Positions 7,775-16,792 are shown, counted from the first letter of the stretch. The stretch is 64,000 bases of DNA from an uncultured Clostridia bacterium (GCA_947589595.1 CANQBV010000001.1:810-64809); one strand, 5' to 3'. Numbers and translations: made by a program. The notes: generated from the letters alone by a model not told the origin.

Positions 7775-9490
7775 CTACGCTCGCAAAAGCCGGAGCTTTT
7801 GACTAAGAGAAAGGAGTTTTTCGCCCTTGGGCAGCATGAGAATCTCTTCCTTTTCAATTCCTTTGATCGCAAAGATCAAAAGCACATACACCACCGCCGC
7901 CAACAGAATTGCCAGGATCGTGGCGGGTTTTTCCCCCACACGGGAGGAAAGGAGCCAAAACGAAAGAGCGGCGGTAACACCGCAGCCGGCGGCAGCCAAA
8001 AGCGGCTTTAAAAGCACCTTGCGAATCGAAAAGACGTAGTGCGTATGCTTGGCAAGAAACGTCATATTGAAGAAAAACATGACCGCATAACAAAGCAGCG
8101 TGGAAATGGGAATCCCGAAAGCGCCGATCGCCGGGATCCCGATCAGCACCCACGAGGAGACGAGCTTTGTGAAAACGCCGCAGCAGGTGGAAAAAATACT
8201 TTTACGCTCAAAGCCATAACCCTGCAGCATGGCGCCCGAAACCGAGATCAGCCCCGAAAACAAAATCGCCGTCGCCAGTATGGACAGCATGGGCGCGGCA
8301 ATTTCGTTGGAGGTCACAGCGATCCCGCGGGCGTCGGTATAAAGCGTTTCGTTGGTGGAAAAAAGCAGCCGGATGATCGGCCCGGAAAGAACGCTCAGCC
8401 CCACCGCTGCCGGCAGGCAAATGAGCGAAACGATCCGGAAGGTGAAATCCATGGTGCGGTGCAGATCCGCGCGATCCGCACGGCTTTTGGCGGCGCTGAT
8501 CGCCGGAATGATACTGATCGCAAAGGGATAGATCAACGTCGGCGGCATATTGAAAAGCGTGACCGCTTTCGCGGTATAAGCGCCGTAAATCGAAACCGCG
8601 GCGGTGTTTTCCTCCACGGGCGCCGCTACGGCGCGCAGCGAGAAGAGCATGCTTTGAATACTGGAAAAATCAATGTGCCGCCCCAGTTCGATTTCCTTCA
8701 TCCGGCGGACAGCTACCATGGAATCGATCACGCTGGTCAGCGAAAGTACGCTCGAAGCGATCGTGATCGGCACGGCAATGGCAATCAGCTCCCGTACCAC
8801 GTCGCGGGTACGGCGCTCGCTTTTCTCCTTTGCTTCCGGAATCTCCTCCCGGGCGGACAGCATTTTGGCAAAAGAAAGGTAAACGGCCGAAGCGATCACC
8901 CCAACGGTGATGCCGACCAGCACGAACGAAGCCACTTCCGCGGGCGCGCGCCCTTTCTTTGCCGCCCAGACCCCGAGCGTTAAGCCGACGCCGAGGTTTC
9001 CCAGGGCTTCGATTACCTGCGAGACGGCGGTGGGAACCATGTTCTGACTGCCTTGAAAATAACCGCGAATGCAGGAGGACAGGCAAATAAAAAATAAAAT
9101 CGGCGCGATTGTCTTGAAACAAAGCGCCAGCTCCGGTTCCTGCGGGATTGCGGCAATTTGTTGTGCCAAAAAATACAGCAAAAGGGAAGAAGCCAGCCCA
9201 ATGACAAGAAAAAGACCAAGGCTCGCCCGGAAGATCCGGCGCATTTCGCCCGCTTTTCCCTGCGCGCGGGCAGAGGCGATCATGCGGGAAATCGCGACCG
9301 GCAGCCCGGCGGTGGAGATCAGAAAAAGCATAGAGTACACACTGTAAGCGGAGGAATAGTAGCCCATGGCAGTATCGCCGATCACATTTGCCAGCGGAAT
9401 TTTAAACAGCGCTCCCACCACTTTCACAACAAGATTGGAAAGCATCAAAATGAAAGCGCCGTATACAAAACCCTGATTCTTTTTTGCCAT
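7775..9490 (-). CDS. MOP-superfamily flippase (MurJ/SpoVB-like polysaccharide or lipid II flippase)
   Basis: 571 aa, polytopic (about 14 hydrophobic segments). The N-terminus GAFILMLSNLVVKVVGALFKIPLANVIGDTAMGYYSSAY resembles MurJ/SpoVB-family proteins. Confidence 0.75.
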   Translation of the reverse strand: MAKKNQGFVYGAFILMLSNLVVKVVGALFKIPLANVIGDTAMGYYSSAYSVYSMLFLISTAGLPVAISRMIASARAQGKAGEMRRIFRASLGLFLVIGLASSLLLYFLAQQIAAIPQEPELALCFKTIAPILFFICLSSCIRGYFQGSQNMVPTAVSQVIEALGNLGVGLTLGVWAAKKGRAPAEVASFVLVGITVGVIASAVYLSFAKMLSAREEIPEAKEKSERRTRDVVRELIAIAVPITIASSVLSLTSVIDSMVAVRRMKEIELGRHIDFSSIQSMLFSLRAVAAPVEENTAAVSIYGAYTAKAVTLFNMPPTLIYPFAISIIPAISAAKSRADRADLHRTMDFTFRIVSLICLPAAVGLSVLSGPIIRLLFSTNETLYTDARGIAVTSNEIAAPMLSILATAILFSGLISVSGAMLQGYGFERKSIFSTCCGVFTKLVSSWVLIGIPAIGAFGIPISTLLCYAVMFFFNMTFLAKHTHYVFSIRKVLLKPLLAAAGCGVTAALSFWLLSSRVGEKPATILAILLAAVVYVLLIFAIKGIEKEEILMLPKGEKLLSLSQKLRLLRA

Positions 9491-9509
9491 ACAAGAAAAC
9501 TCCTAATTC

Positions 9510-10970
9510 CTACACCCCGCGAAACGGAATTTTCCGGAACGGTTTTCCTCCCTCCAAAAAAGCGCGCATTTCCTGCAGATTCCGGCGGATTTTTTCGGGA
9601 TCGGCAAGATATTCGTACGGATATTTGTAGGAGGAAAAGCGGCGGATCCTGCCGCCGTCCGGCGGGATCAGCTTGGTGACCGCCCCGGCGCCTACGGCGA
9701 AAACGTCGCATAAATCTTCCATCATGGCCAGGTTATACAGGCAAAGATGCCCCTTTTGGGCAAAGCCCGCGTTTTCCAGATTGGCGGTGGTGTTTTTTTG
9801 TCTGTATAAATAATATGGTTCGAATCCGTTTTTTATACAAAGTTTATGGGCTTTTTCCATCGCTTCCGCCTGCCGCGGCATGGGTTCCGCCGTTTTGTTT
9901 TCGGCGGCGTTTTTGCGACAAAGCGAGTGAAGGGTAATATTTTCGGGAGAAAAGGAGAGAACCTCCTCCACCGACCGAAGAAAGCCCTCAAGACTATCGC
10001 CGGAAAGTCCGCAGATCAGGTCGCAGTTGATGGTATCAAAGCCGATTTTCTGAGCCAAGCGCATGGCGGCAAAAAAGTCCTCGGCGCTGTGCCGGCGACC
10101 AATGGCGGAAAGAACCTTGTCGGAAGTGGTTTGCGGATTGATACTGATCCGATCCACGCCGTGCTTTTTCAAAATAAGAAGCTTTTCTTCGGTGATCGTA
10201 TCCGGCCTGCCGATCTCCACCGAAAGCTCCGTGCAGTATTGCAGATCAAAATGCGCTTTCACCGCCGTCAGCAGCAAGTCCAGCTGCTGTGCGCTCAGAA
10301 TCCCCGGCGTGCCGCCGCCCATGTAGACTGCGCGCAGCTTTTTCGTTTTCTCGCGGAAAAGAGCGCCGGTGAGACGAAGCTCCTCTGTCATCTGTTCCAA
10401 ATAGGACGGCAGAAGCTGCAGGTGCTTCGGCGCTGAGGAGGAAATGAACGAGCAGTACGAGCACCGGCTCGGGCAAAAGGGGATCGAAAGATAGAGCATG
10501 GCGTCTTCCTTTTCAAAAGAAAGGCTCTGCTCCAGCGCGGCAAGCTCCGTCAATAGAGCGGCCTTTTCGGGAAAAACAAAATATTCCCGCTGCAAAAGGG
10601 AAGCGACGTCTTCCTTTTTGACTCCGTTTTGCAGGTAAAAAAGCGCGACCTTCACCGGTTTAACGCCGGTCAGAGTGCCGTAGGGCGGAAGCGCGGCGCC
10701 CTGGACTTCGGCGGCTTTGTGAAAGGCCTTCCCCAGCGCGCAGGAAGCCGCCCGCGCGGGCGAAAAGTGCGCGGCAAGAGACGCCGTTTCCCGGGTGCGA
10801 GCGGCATTTTCCCCGCAGGAAAGAAAAATTTCAGCCTCGGCGGCGTCTCCGTTTTGTTGGTGGATGGCTTCGATGCTGAAATTATTTTCTTCGGAAAGCA
10901 GGGGAAAATAGAGCTTGGCTAAATGAAAAAGATCCAGTTTTGTTTTTTCGCTTGCAGCTGTAATATTCAT
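9510..10970 (-). CDS. radical-SAM HemN/HemZ-like (oxygen-independent coproporphyrinogen III oxidase family) protein
   Basis: Radical-SAM cluster motif CPSRCSYCSF. I place the start at ATG 10970 (MNITAASEK), which forms an ATGA overlap with the dtd stop. The longer track ORF (to 11084) would run into dtd. Confidence 0.8.
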   Translation of the reverse strand: MNITAASEKTKLDLFHLAKLYFPLLSEENNFSIEAIHQQNGDAAEAEIFLSCGENAARTRETASLAAHFSPARAASCALGKAFHKAAEVQGAALPPYGTLTGVKPVKVALFYLQNGVKKEDVASLLQREYFVFPEKAALLTELAALEQSLSFEKEDAMLYLSIPFCPSRCSYCSFISSSAPKHLQLLPSYLEQMTEELRLTGALFREKTKKLRAVYMGGGTPGILSAQQLDLLLTAVKAHFDLQYCTELSVEIGRPDTITEEKLLILKKHGVDRISINPQTTSDKVLSAIGRRHSAEDFFAAMRLAQKIGFDTINCDLICGLSGDSLEGFLRSVEEVLSFSPENITLHSLCRKNAAENKTAEPMPRQAEAMEKAHKLCIKNGFEPYYLYRQKNTTANLENAGFAQKGHLCLYNLAMMEDLCDVFAVGAGAVTKLIPPDGGRIRRFSSYKYPYEYLADPEKIRRNLQEMRAFLEGGKPFRKIPFRGV

Positions 10971-11440
10971 GAAAAATCCTTTGTGTCGATGATGATCGTA
11001 ACGGGGCCGTCCCCCGTCAGCTCCACTTTCATATCGCCGCCGAACACACCCGGAAAAATTTGGGGCGCGGCATGTTCTCCGCAAAGCCGGTTTGCCGTTT
11101 CCTGCATGGTTCGCAGAAAGTCATGGTACATTATTTCGGCTTCCCGGTATGGCATGGCGTCCGTAAAATCCGGCCGGCGGGAGCGGAGGTTGGCGGAAAG
11201 CGTGAAATTGGACACCACCAAAATATCCGCCCCGACGTCGAGCGAGGAAAGGTTCAATTTGCCGTTTTCGTCCTGAAAAATACGCAGCTTTAAAATTTTA
11301 TCGATCAGAAGCGCCGCTTCCTTTTTTGTATCCTCGCGGCAAAAACCCAGCAGCACGCACATGCCTTTTTTGCAATCCGAAATCAGGCGCCCTTCGCAAA
11401 GCAGGCGCGCTTTTTCGGTGATCTGAAGAACGGCCTTCAT
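10967..11440 (-). CDS. dtd: D-aminoacyl-tRNA deacylase
   Basis: 157 aa with a typical Dtd sequence (MKAVLQ..., SNFTL, GDGPVT); sits directly downstream of relA, as is common in Firmicutes. Confidence 0.93.
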   Translation of the reverse strand: MKAVLQITEKARLLCEGRLISDCKKGMCVLLGFCREDTKKEAALLIDKILKLRIFQDENGKLNLSSLDVGADILVVSNFTLSANLRSRRPDFTDAMPYREAEIMYHDFLRTMQETANRLCGEHAAPQIFPGVFGGDMKVELTGDGPVTIIIDTKDFS

Positions 11441-13636
11441 TTACTTCAACCCGCTGGTGATCCGAATGATATCCTTGCACTTTTTCAGCCGCTCCACAAT
11501 GGCGTTTAAGTGGGTGCGGTTGCGCGTGCCGACAGAAATCACAATGCTGCTGTAGGTTTCTCCGAACGGCTGCGCGCTCAGGCTGATCACCGGTACGCGC
11601 ATTTCCGCCAGCGCGGTGGAGATATCCGCCATCACGCCGATCTTGTCGTTGGTGAGGATCGAAAGGCTGGCTTCATAGGTATTGGCGGTGTTTTCCGCGG
11701 CGCTCTGATCCCAGCTTGCCCGTACCCAGCGGTCCTTTTCGGGACTGTTGAGGCCCTTCATGGCGTTGGGGCAGTCGTATTTGTGCACGGAAACGCCGTA
11801 CCCGCGCGTAATGAAGCCAATAATCTCGTCGCCCGGCAGGGGAGAGCAGCACTTGGCAAATTTGACCTGGCAGTTTTCCAGCCCTTCCACAATAACCTGG
11901 CTTTTCGCTTTCTTGCGGTTTTTCTTTTCCGCTTCGGTTTGAGTGACTGTCAGCTCCACCGGCTCCTGCGACAGGGCGCGGCGATCAATTTCATCGCGGA
12001 TCTTCACCTGCAGCTTGGAAAGGGCAATGCCGCCGTAGCCGATGGAGTTATAAAGATCGTCCAAGCTTCCCAGCCCGTAGCGTTTGGCAATGGTTTCCAT
12101 AATCCGGTCGCGCTCCTCTTCGGAAAGTCCCTTGCGGATCTTATCGAATTCCTTATCCAAAAGCTCTTTGGCAAGCTGAATGTTTTCTTCGCGCTTTTCC
12201 TTTTTGTACCAGGAGCGGATCTTGTTTTTCGCTTCGCCCGTTTTTGCCAGCTTCAGCCAATCACGGCTCGGGCCTTTGGCGGCGGAGGAAGTCAGGACCT
12301 CCACGATCTGTCCGGTTTGCAGCACGGTGGTGATCGGCGCAATGGCGCCGTTAATCTTCAGTCCCACCATTTTATTGCCCACACCGGAGTGAATGGCGTA
12401 AGCAAAGTCAATACCGTTGGCGCCGCTGGGCAGGTTGATGACGTCGCCGCGCGGCGTAAATACAAAGGTTTCTTCCCCGAAAATATCGATTTTTAAGGGG
12501 CTGATATATTCCTCGCTGTCCAGTGAATTCTGTTCGCTTTCCAGCAGCATGTGAATCCATTCCAGCTTTTTGGAGAGGGATTCGCTGGCGCTTTTCACGC
12601 CGCTTTTGTACTTCCAGTGCGCGGCGATCCCGTATTCGGCGACTTCGTTCATTTCCGCCGTGCGGATCTGTACCTCAAAAGGAATTCCGTCTCGGCCGAT
12701 CACCGTGGTGTGCAGCGAACGGTAGTTATTGGGCTTCGGGGTAGAGATATAATCCTTGAAGCGCCCGGGGATGGAATTGTACGCTTCGTGGATCAGCCCC
12801 AAAACCGTATAGCATTCGATCTCGTTCTGCACGATCACGCGCACGGCGTAAAAGTCGTAAATTTCATCGAAGCTTTTGTTTTGCCGGTACATTTTCCGGT
12901 AGATGGAATAAATCGTTTTGACACGGCCTTTGATGGTAAACTGCAGGCCCTGCTCGGAAAGCTTTTGGGCGATCTCGCTCTGGATTTTATCGATAAAGTC
13001 TTTGTTCTGGCCGTATTTCTGTTCAATATAGCCACGGATTTCTTCATATCCGATCGGATCCAGATATTGTAAAGCAAGGCTTTCCAGCTCCTGCTTGATG
13101 CGCTGAATCCCGAGCCTGTGCGCTAAGGGAGCATAGACGTGCATGGTTTCCAGCGCGATCAGGCGCTGCTTTTCCTCCTGGTGCGAGGAGAGGGTGCGCA
13201 TATTGTGCAGGCGGTCGCAGAGCTTAATGAGAATCACGCGGATGTCCTTGGACATGGCCAAAAACATTTTGCGCAGGTTTTCAATGTGTTCTTCTTCCTT
13301 GTCTTCAAACGGGATCGCCACAAGCTTTGTCAGTCCGTCCACCAGCATTTCCACTTCGGGCCCGAATTCGGCCTTGATCTTATCCAGATTTTCGTCGGGG
13401 CAGTCCTCTACAATATCGTGCAGAAGCGCCGCGCAGATCGCATCGGTATCCAGCCCCATTTCCGCCGCGATCTCCGCCACTGCCAGCGGATGGGTAATAT
13501 ATTCCTCGCCGGATTTGCGGTACTGTCCGCGGTGCGCTTCTTCGGCGTACAAATAGGCTCTTTGTATTTTTTCGCGGTCGTATTTTTTGCCGCTTTCGTC
13601 TAGAATCTGCATCAAACGTGTAAGGTCCAAAGCCAT
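11441..13636 (-). CDS. relA: bifunctional (p)ppGpp synthetase/hydrolase RelA/SpoT homologue
   Basis: 731 aa. HD hydrolase motifs (HPLAVA, LHDIVED), synthetase region (YRSLHTTV), and TGS and ACT-like C-terminal regions. Confidence 0.95.
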   Translation of the reverse strand: MALDLTRLMQILDESGKKYDREKIQRAYLYAEEAHRGQYRKSGEEYITHPLAVAEIAAEMGLDTDAICAALLHDIVEDCPDENLDKIKAEFGPEVEMLVDGLTKLVAIPFEDKEEEHIENLRKMFLAMSKDIRVILIKLCDRLHNMRTLSSHQEEKQRLIALETMHVYAPLAHRLGIQRIKQELESLALQYLDPIGYEEIRGYIEQKYGQNKDFIDKIQSEIAQKLSEQGLQFTIKGRVKTIYSIYRKMYRQNKSFDEIYDFYAVRVIVQNEIECYTVLGLIHEAYNSIPGRFKDYISTPKPNNYRSLHTTVIGRDGIPFEVQIRTAEMNEVAEYGIAAHWKYKSGVKSASESLSKKLEWIHMLLESEQNSLDSEEYISPLKIDIFGEETFVFTPRGDVINLPSGANGIDFAYAIHSGVGNKMVGLKINGAIAPITTVLQTGQIVEVLTSSAAKGPSRDWLKLAKTGEAKNKIRSWYKKEKREENIQLAKELLDKEFDKIRKGLSEEERDRIMETIAKRYGLGSLDDLYNSIGYGGIALSKLQVKIRDEIDRRALSQEPVELTVTQTEAEKKNRKKAKSQVIVEGLENCQVKFAKCCSPLPGDEIIGFITRGYGVSVHKYDCPNAMKGLNSPEKDRWVRASWDQSAAENTANTYEASLSILTNDKIGVMADISTALAEMRVPVISLSAQPFGETYSSIVISVGTRNRTHLNAIVERLKKCKDIIRITSGLK

Positions 13637-13821
13637 ATTTTTGCCTTTCTCCTGATCGGAACCGAGTCCTTTTTGAATAAAAGAAGATCCAAATTATAGT
13701 ATACAACATTTTTTTACAAAAAACAAGTCGAAATCGTGCTTTCCCGCACGGCGATAACGATTTTCACCGGACGGCATATACTAAAATCGTGAACGCCCGT
13801 AAAATTCAGAACATAGGAGAA

Positions 13822-14253
13822 ATGGTTATGCTGTTACCGATCGCTTTGGGAACCGCTCTTTTTTCGCGCGGGAAGGACAGAAAAAAACCGACGTGCCCCT
13901 GTACGGAAAAGAAACTGGGGTGCTACGACGTTGAAAAAATCTGCTGGAAGACAGACCTTGTAAAAGAAACGAAAAAACAGCTCTGCTGCGTGTCGGAGTT
14001 TGCCGACCGTGGCCTGATGAACTGGCGGACGGACCCGGTTTTGACCGCTGCCGCGTATCTCAATCAGCCGTTTATCAAGCGCAATTTCCGCGGCAGGGAA
14101 TGCTACCTTGCCGAATGCAGTACAAAAGGAGAGCTGACGTACGTTCTTTTTACGTTTGACAACGGCGGCGATATGGCGTTTTGCCTGACCCGGCCAAAGG
14201 GCTGCGGGAAGATCTGGCGCGTCGTCGCCTACGCTTATCTTTCAGCCTGCTGA
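13822..14253 (+). CDS. hypothetical Cys-rich protein (11 Cys in ~143 aa)
   Basis: Within ORF 13789-14253. AGGAGA at 13815-13820 favours ATG 13822 or 13828 over the GTG at 13789. Followed by its own terminator. No family recognised. Confidence 0.5.
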   Translation: MVMLLPIALGTALFSRGKDRKKPTCPCTEKKLGCYDVEKICWKTDLVKETKKQLCCVSEFADRGLMNWRTDPVLTAAAYLNQPFIKRNFRGRECYLAECSTKGELTYVLFTFDNGGDMAFCLTRPKGCGKIWRVVAYAYLSAC

Positions 14254-14256
14254 AAA

Positions 14257-14280
14257 AACGGAGCTGCGGCTCCGTTTTTT
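14257..14280 (+). terminator. rho-independent terminator
   Basis: Stem AACGGAGC (14257-14264) / GCTCCGTT (14269-14276) followed by a T-run. Confidence 0.75.
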
Positions 14281-14400
14281 CGTTTGAAAACCAAGGGTTT
14301 CCATTTTGAGCTCCACGGGAAATTGTTTACAAAATATTCATGAAATGCGGGCTCCTTTTTGTTTATAATGAGAGAACTATCTTTTATGATAAGGAGTACT

Positions 14401-16434
14401 ATGATGAAACGCATTTTTGTCTTTTTCTTGGCAGTGTGCATGGTGTTCAGTCTGGTTGCCTGCTCCGGGGATCCTCTGGTTCAGTCGACGACCAATGCGG
14501 GTACCGCGACCGAAGAACCACAGGGCACTTCCGGTTCTCTTCAGGATTCCAAAGGAAATTATATCCTGGATTCGGTCGAAGATTTGGAGCTTCTTCGCCA
14601 GTTTCCCACGGCGACCTTTACCGTAGCTGCGGAGATCGATCTCGGCGGCGCGACCTGGGAACCGATCGAATCTTTTTCCGGGAAAATTTCCGGTCAGTGG
14701 AACGGCACCTTTAACCATACCATTTCCAATTTTGTCATTGAAGCCAAAGCGGGCGACACCGAAGTCGGCTTTATCCGCAATATGACGGGTTCGATCACCG
14801 ATCTGATCTTTGCCGACGTCACGGTCAAGGGCAGCGGCCTTTCCTCCGCAGCGGTAGGCGTGGTCGCGGGCACCGCGACCCATTCGTTTACCGACGTGGA
14901 CTTAAAGGACGCCGTCATTGAAGTCGCGGGGAGCGATCTTTCCGTCGGCGGCATGGTCGGCAGCATGAAGGGCTCGGCGGTCGAGTGCTTTGTCTCCGGC
15001 ACCCTGAAAGCCGACCTTTCCGGCAAAGAAAACTATGTCGGCGGGCTTTTCGGCAGCACGAAAAGCGCGATCAACACGACCGATTCCCGCATGAATCTGA
15101 ACGTTCAGATCGCCGGCGATACCGGCTATATCGGCGGTCTTGTGGGCTCTTCGGAAGGCTCCGCTGCTTTCAGCGAAGTGGATTACGGCGGCAACCTTTC
15201 CGTCAACAGCAGCGCTTCTTCCGTTCTGGCCGCGCCGTTGGCCGGCAAATCCCATTGCACGATCAAGAACAGCTATTCCTCCGCCCGCTCGGTGAGCTAC
15301 ACCGGTTCGGGGATCGTGAAGGCCGACTACGTAGCGCAGTTTGATGGCAGCGCCAAGGTGGACGGTTGCTATATCCGCGACGTTTCCAATATTGATGAAA
15401 CGCTTCCCGCTGCGGAATACGAGATGCGCAAGACCGTGGTGGATTATATGTACGCGGAGGTTACCGTGCCGTGGACGCCGACCAAGGATATGTCCTACGA
15501 GGACACCTGCTCCTCCCACCACGCTCAGAACTATAAGGCCGGTGTGACCTATTTCGGTCTGCCGTACGTGCACACCTGCGGTTCCCTGGAACGCTTCAAC
15601 AACTATCTGGACGAAAACCACCAGGTTCTGGATACGGTTCCCGCCGTGGGCTGGAACGCCATGCTCGGCAACGACTGCGTAGACGCCATGTACTGGGCGT
15701 GGTCGCGCGTGTCGGCTTCGGTTTCCTATACCCTGACCAACAATATGATCTGGGAAAACGGTATGATCCCCGTGGGTACCTACACCAAAACCAGCAGCAA
15801 CTCCACCACCAAGATCTGTACGGATAACGGCGAAAAAGTAATGTACGAAGCCTACGCGCAGATAAAGATGGGCGACGGGGTCGTTTTTGCCGAGCCCAAC
15901 GGTCACGGCCGCATGGCTTCGGAAGCCGCCTATGTATACCGCAACGCGGACGGTTCGATCAACCCCGATAAGAGTTATGTTCTGATGCACGAGCAGGGCG
16001 CGCGCATGGTGACCAAGCCGTCAGACGCCTCTACCTGCAACGCCAACGAAAAATACACCTTTAAGCAGCTCTTCAGCAGTCACTATATCCCTGTCACCAT
16101 TGCGGAATTTGCCGAGGGCAAAGCCTCCGAGATCCAGGTTTCCTGTGACAATACCAACTTTACCGCGACCGGCTTCAGCGAAGGGACCATCACCTCCAAC
16201 TACCGCATCAACTGGGTGCGCGCCGCGATTCTGGATGCGAACGGCGCCGTCATAGACCAAAAGATTTCCTACCCCTCCCCCGGCCAGCATAACGTCACCT
16301 TTTCGATGATCTTCTTCCGCAGCGCGTTCCGCAGAACGCCCTTGACAAGCGGCACGAAGTATACCTACAAGGTTTACGTCGGGGTGGGCAACGGCATTGA
16401 AGCCGAAGCGGAATCGTTTGAATTTACCGCGTAA
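14401..16434 (+). CDS. lipoprotein, paralog 1 of array: GLUG-like beta-helix repeats + uncharacterised Cys-His-Glu module + C-terminal beta-rich domain
   Basis: Start at ATG 14401 (RBS AAGGAG at 14391). Signal peptide and lipobox MMKRIFVFFLAVCMVFSLVAC. Repeats VGGMVGS/VGGLFGS/IGGLVGS. Module motifs LGNDCVDAMYWAWSRVS (Cys codon 15676-15678), GDGVVFAEPNGHGRM and VLMHEQ. Confidence 0.85.
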   Translation: MMKRIFVFFLAVCMVFSLVACSGDPLVQSTTNAGTATEEPQGTSGSLQDSKGNYILDSVEDLELLRQFPTATFTVAAEIDLGGATWEPIESFSGKISGQWNGTFNHTISNFVIEAKAGDTEVGFIRNMTGSITDLIFADVTVKGSGLSSAAVGVVAGTATHSFTDVDLKDAVIEVAGSDLSVGGMVGSMKGSAVECFVSGTLKADLSGKENYVGGLFGSTKSAINTTDSRMNLNVQIAGDTGYIGGLVGSSEGSAAFSEVDYGGNLSVNSSASSVLAAPLAGKSHCTIKNSYSSARSVSYTGSGIVKADYVAQFDGSAKVDGCYIRDVSNIDETLPAAEYEMRKTVVDYMYAEVTVPWTPTKDMSYEDTCSSHHAQNYKAGVTYFGLPYVHTCGSLERFNNYLDENHQVLDTVPAVGWNAMLGNDCVDAMYWAWSRVSASVSYTLTNNMIWENGMIPVGTYTKTSSNSTTKICTDNGEKVMYEAYAQIKMGDGVVFAEPNGHGRMASEAAYVYRNADGSINPDKSYVLMHEQGARMVTKPSDASTCNANEKYTFKQLFSSHYIPVTIAEFAEGKASEIQVSCDNTNFTATGFSEGTITSNYRINWVRAAILDANGAVIDQKISYPSPGQHNVTFSMIFFRSAFRRTPLTSGTKYTYKVYVGVGNGIEAEAESFEFTA

Positions 16435-16446
16435 AGAGAAAAAGCA

Positions 16447-16487
16447 AAAGCGCTTTCACCTTTCCAAGGCGAAAGCGCTTTTGTTTT
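16447..16487. terminator. bidirectional terminator shared by paralog 1 (+) and tRNA-Thr (-)
   Basis: 11-bp stem AAAGCGCTTTC (16447-16457) / GAAAGCGCTTT (16471-16481), with T-runs on both strands. Confidence 0.8.
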
Positions 16488-16492
16488 GATTC

Positions 16493-16568
16493 TGGAGCTA
16501 GTGATGTGACTTGAACACACGACCTGCTGATTACGAATCAGCTGCTCTACCGACTGAGCTACACTAGC
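16493..16568 (-). tRNA. tRNA-Thr (anticodon CGT), CCA encoded
   Basis: Reverse complement GCTAGTGTAGCTCAGTCGGTAGAGCAGCTGATTCGTAATCAGCAGGTCGTGTGTTCAAGTCACATCACTAGCTCCA folds by hand as a 76-nt cloverleaf: 7-bp acceptor stem, anticodon loop TTCGTAA, T-loop TTCAAGT. Confidence 0.9.
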
Positions 16569-16577
16569 GTGAGTCTT

Positions 16578-16606
16578 ATTCTATCATAAAGTTTCGCAAT
16601 TATCAA
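16578..16606 (-). promoter_or_regulatory. candidate promoter of tRNA-Thr
   Basis: On the minus strand: TTGATA (16606-16601), 17-nt spacer, TAGAAT (16583-16578), 9 nt upstream of the tRNA 5' end. Confidence 0.55.
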
Positions 16607-16674
16607 GTGTTTTTCAAAAAAATTTACTTGTCGTATTTGTTTTCCCGGTGCGGACGGGATGAATTTATGGAAAG

Positions 16675-16703
16675 TTTACAAAAAGATTTACAAAAAGTTT
16701 ATG
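16675..16703 (+). promoter_or_regulatory. direct repeats TTTACAAAAAG x2 plus a TTTATG half-site upstream of the paralog-2 promoter (candidate response-regulator site)
   Basis: TTTACAAAAAG at 16675-16685 and 16687-16697 (12-nt period), then TTTATG at 16698-16703. The repeats end 19 nt upstream of the -35 at 16722. Confidence 0.3.
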
Positions 16704-16721
16704 TTTCCCCCCGAAATGACC

Positions 16722-16750
16722 TTGCATTTCGCCCTGTTTTTCACTATAAT
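16722..16750 (+). promoter_or_regulatory. candidate promoter of paralog 2
   Basis: TTGCAT (16722-16727), 17-nt spacer, TATAAT (16745-16750). Confidence 0.55.
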
Positions 16751-16792
16751 AACAATACGAGTATCCAATTTCTTTTGAGGTGAAAAGAAAAT

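Noticed and set aside
9510-11084. Longer N-terminal versions of several track ORFs (HemZ-like from 11084, hisG from 31090, hisA from 35354, TVP38 from 26068, nadD from 51840, rpsU from 56065, rpmB from 60543, asd from 56413, rarA from 57519, paralog 1 from 14359, RR from 22717).
   Set aside because: In each case an internal ATG with a proper RBS gives the family-typical N-terminus, often forming an ATGA or adjacent junction with the upstream gene. The extension would overlap the preceding coding region or a terminator.
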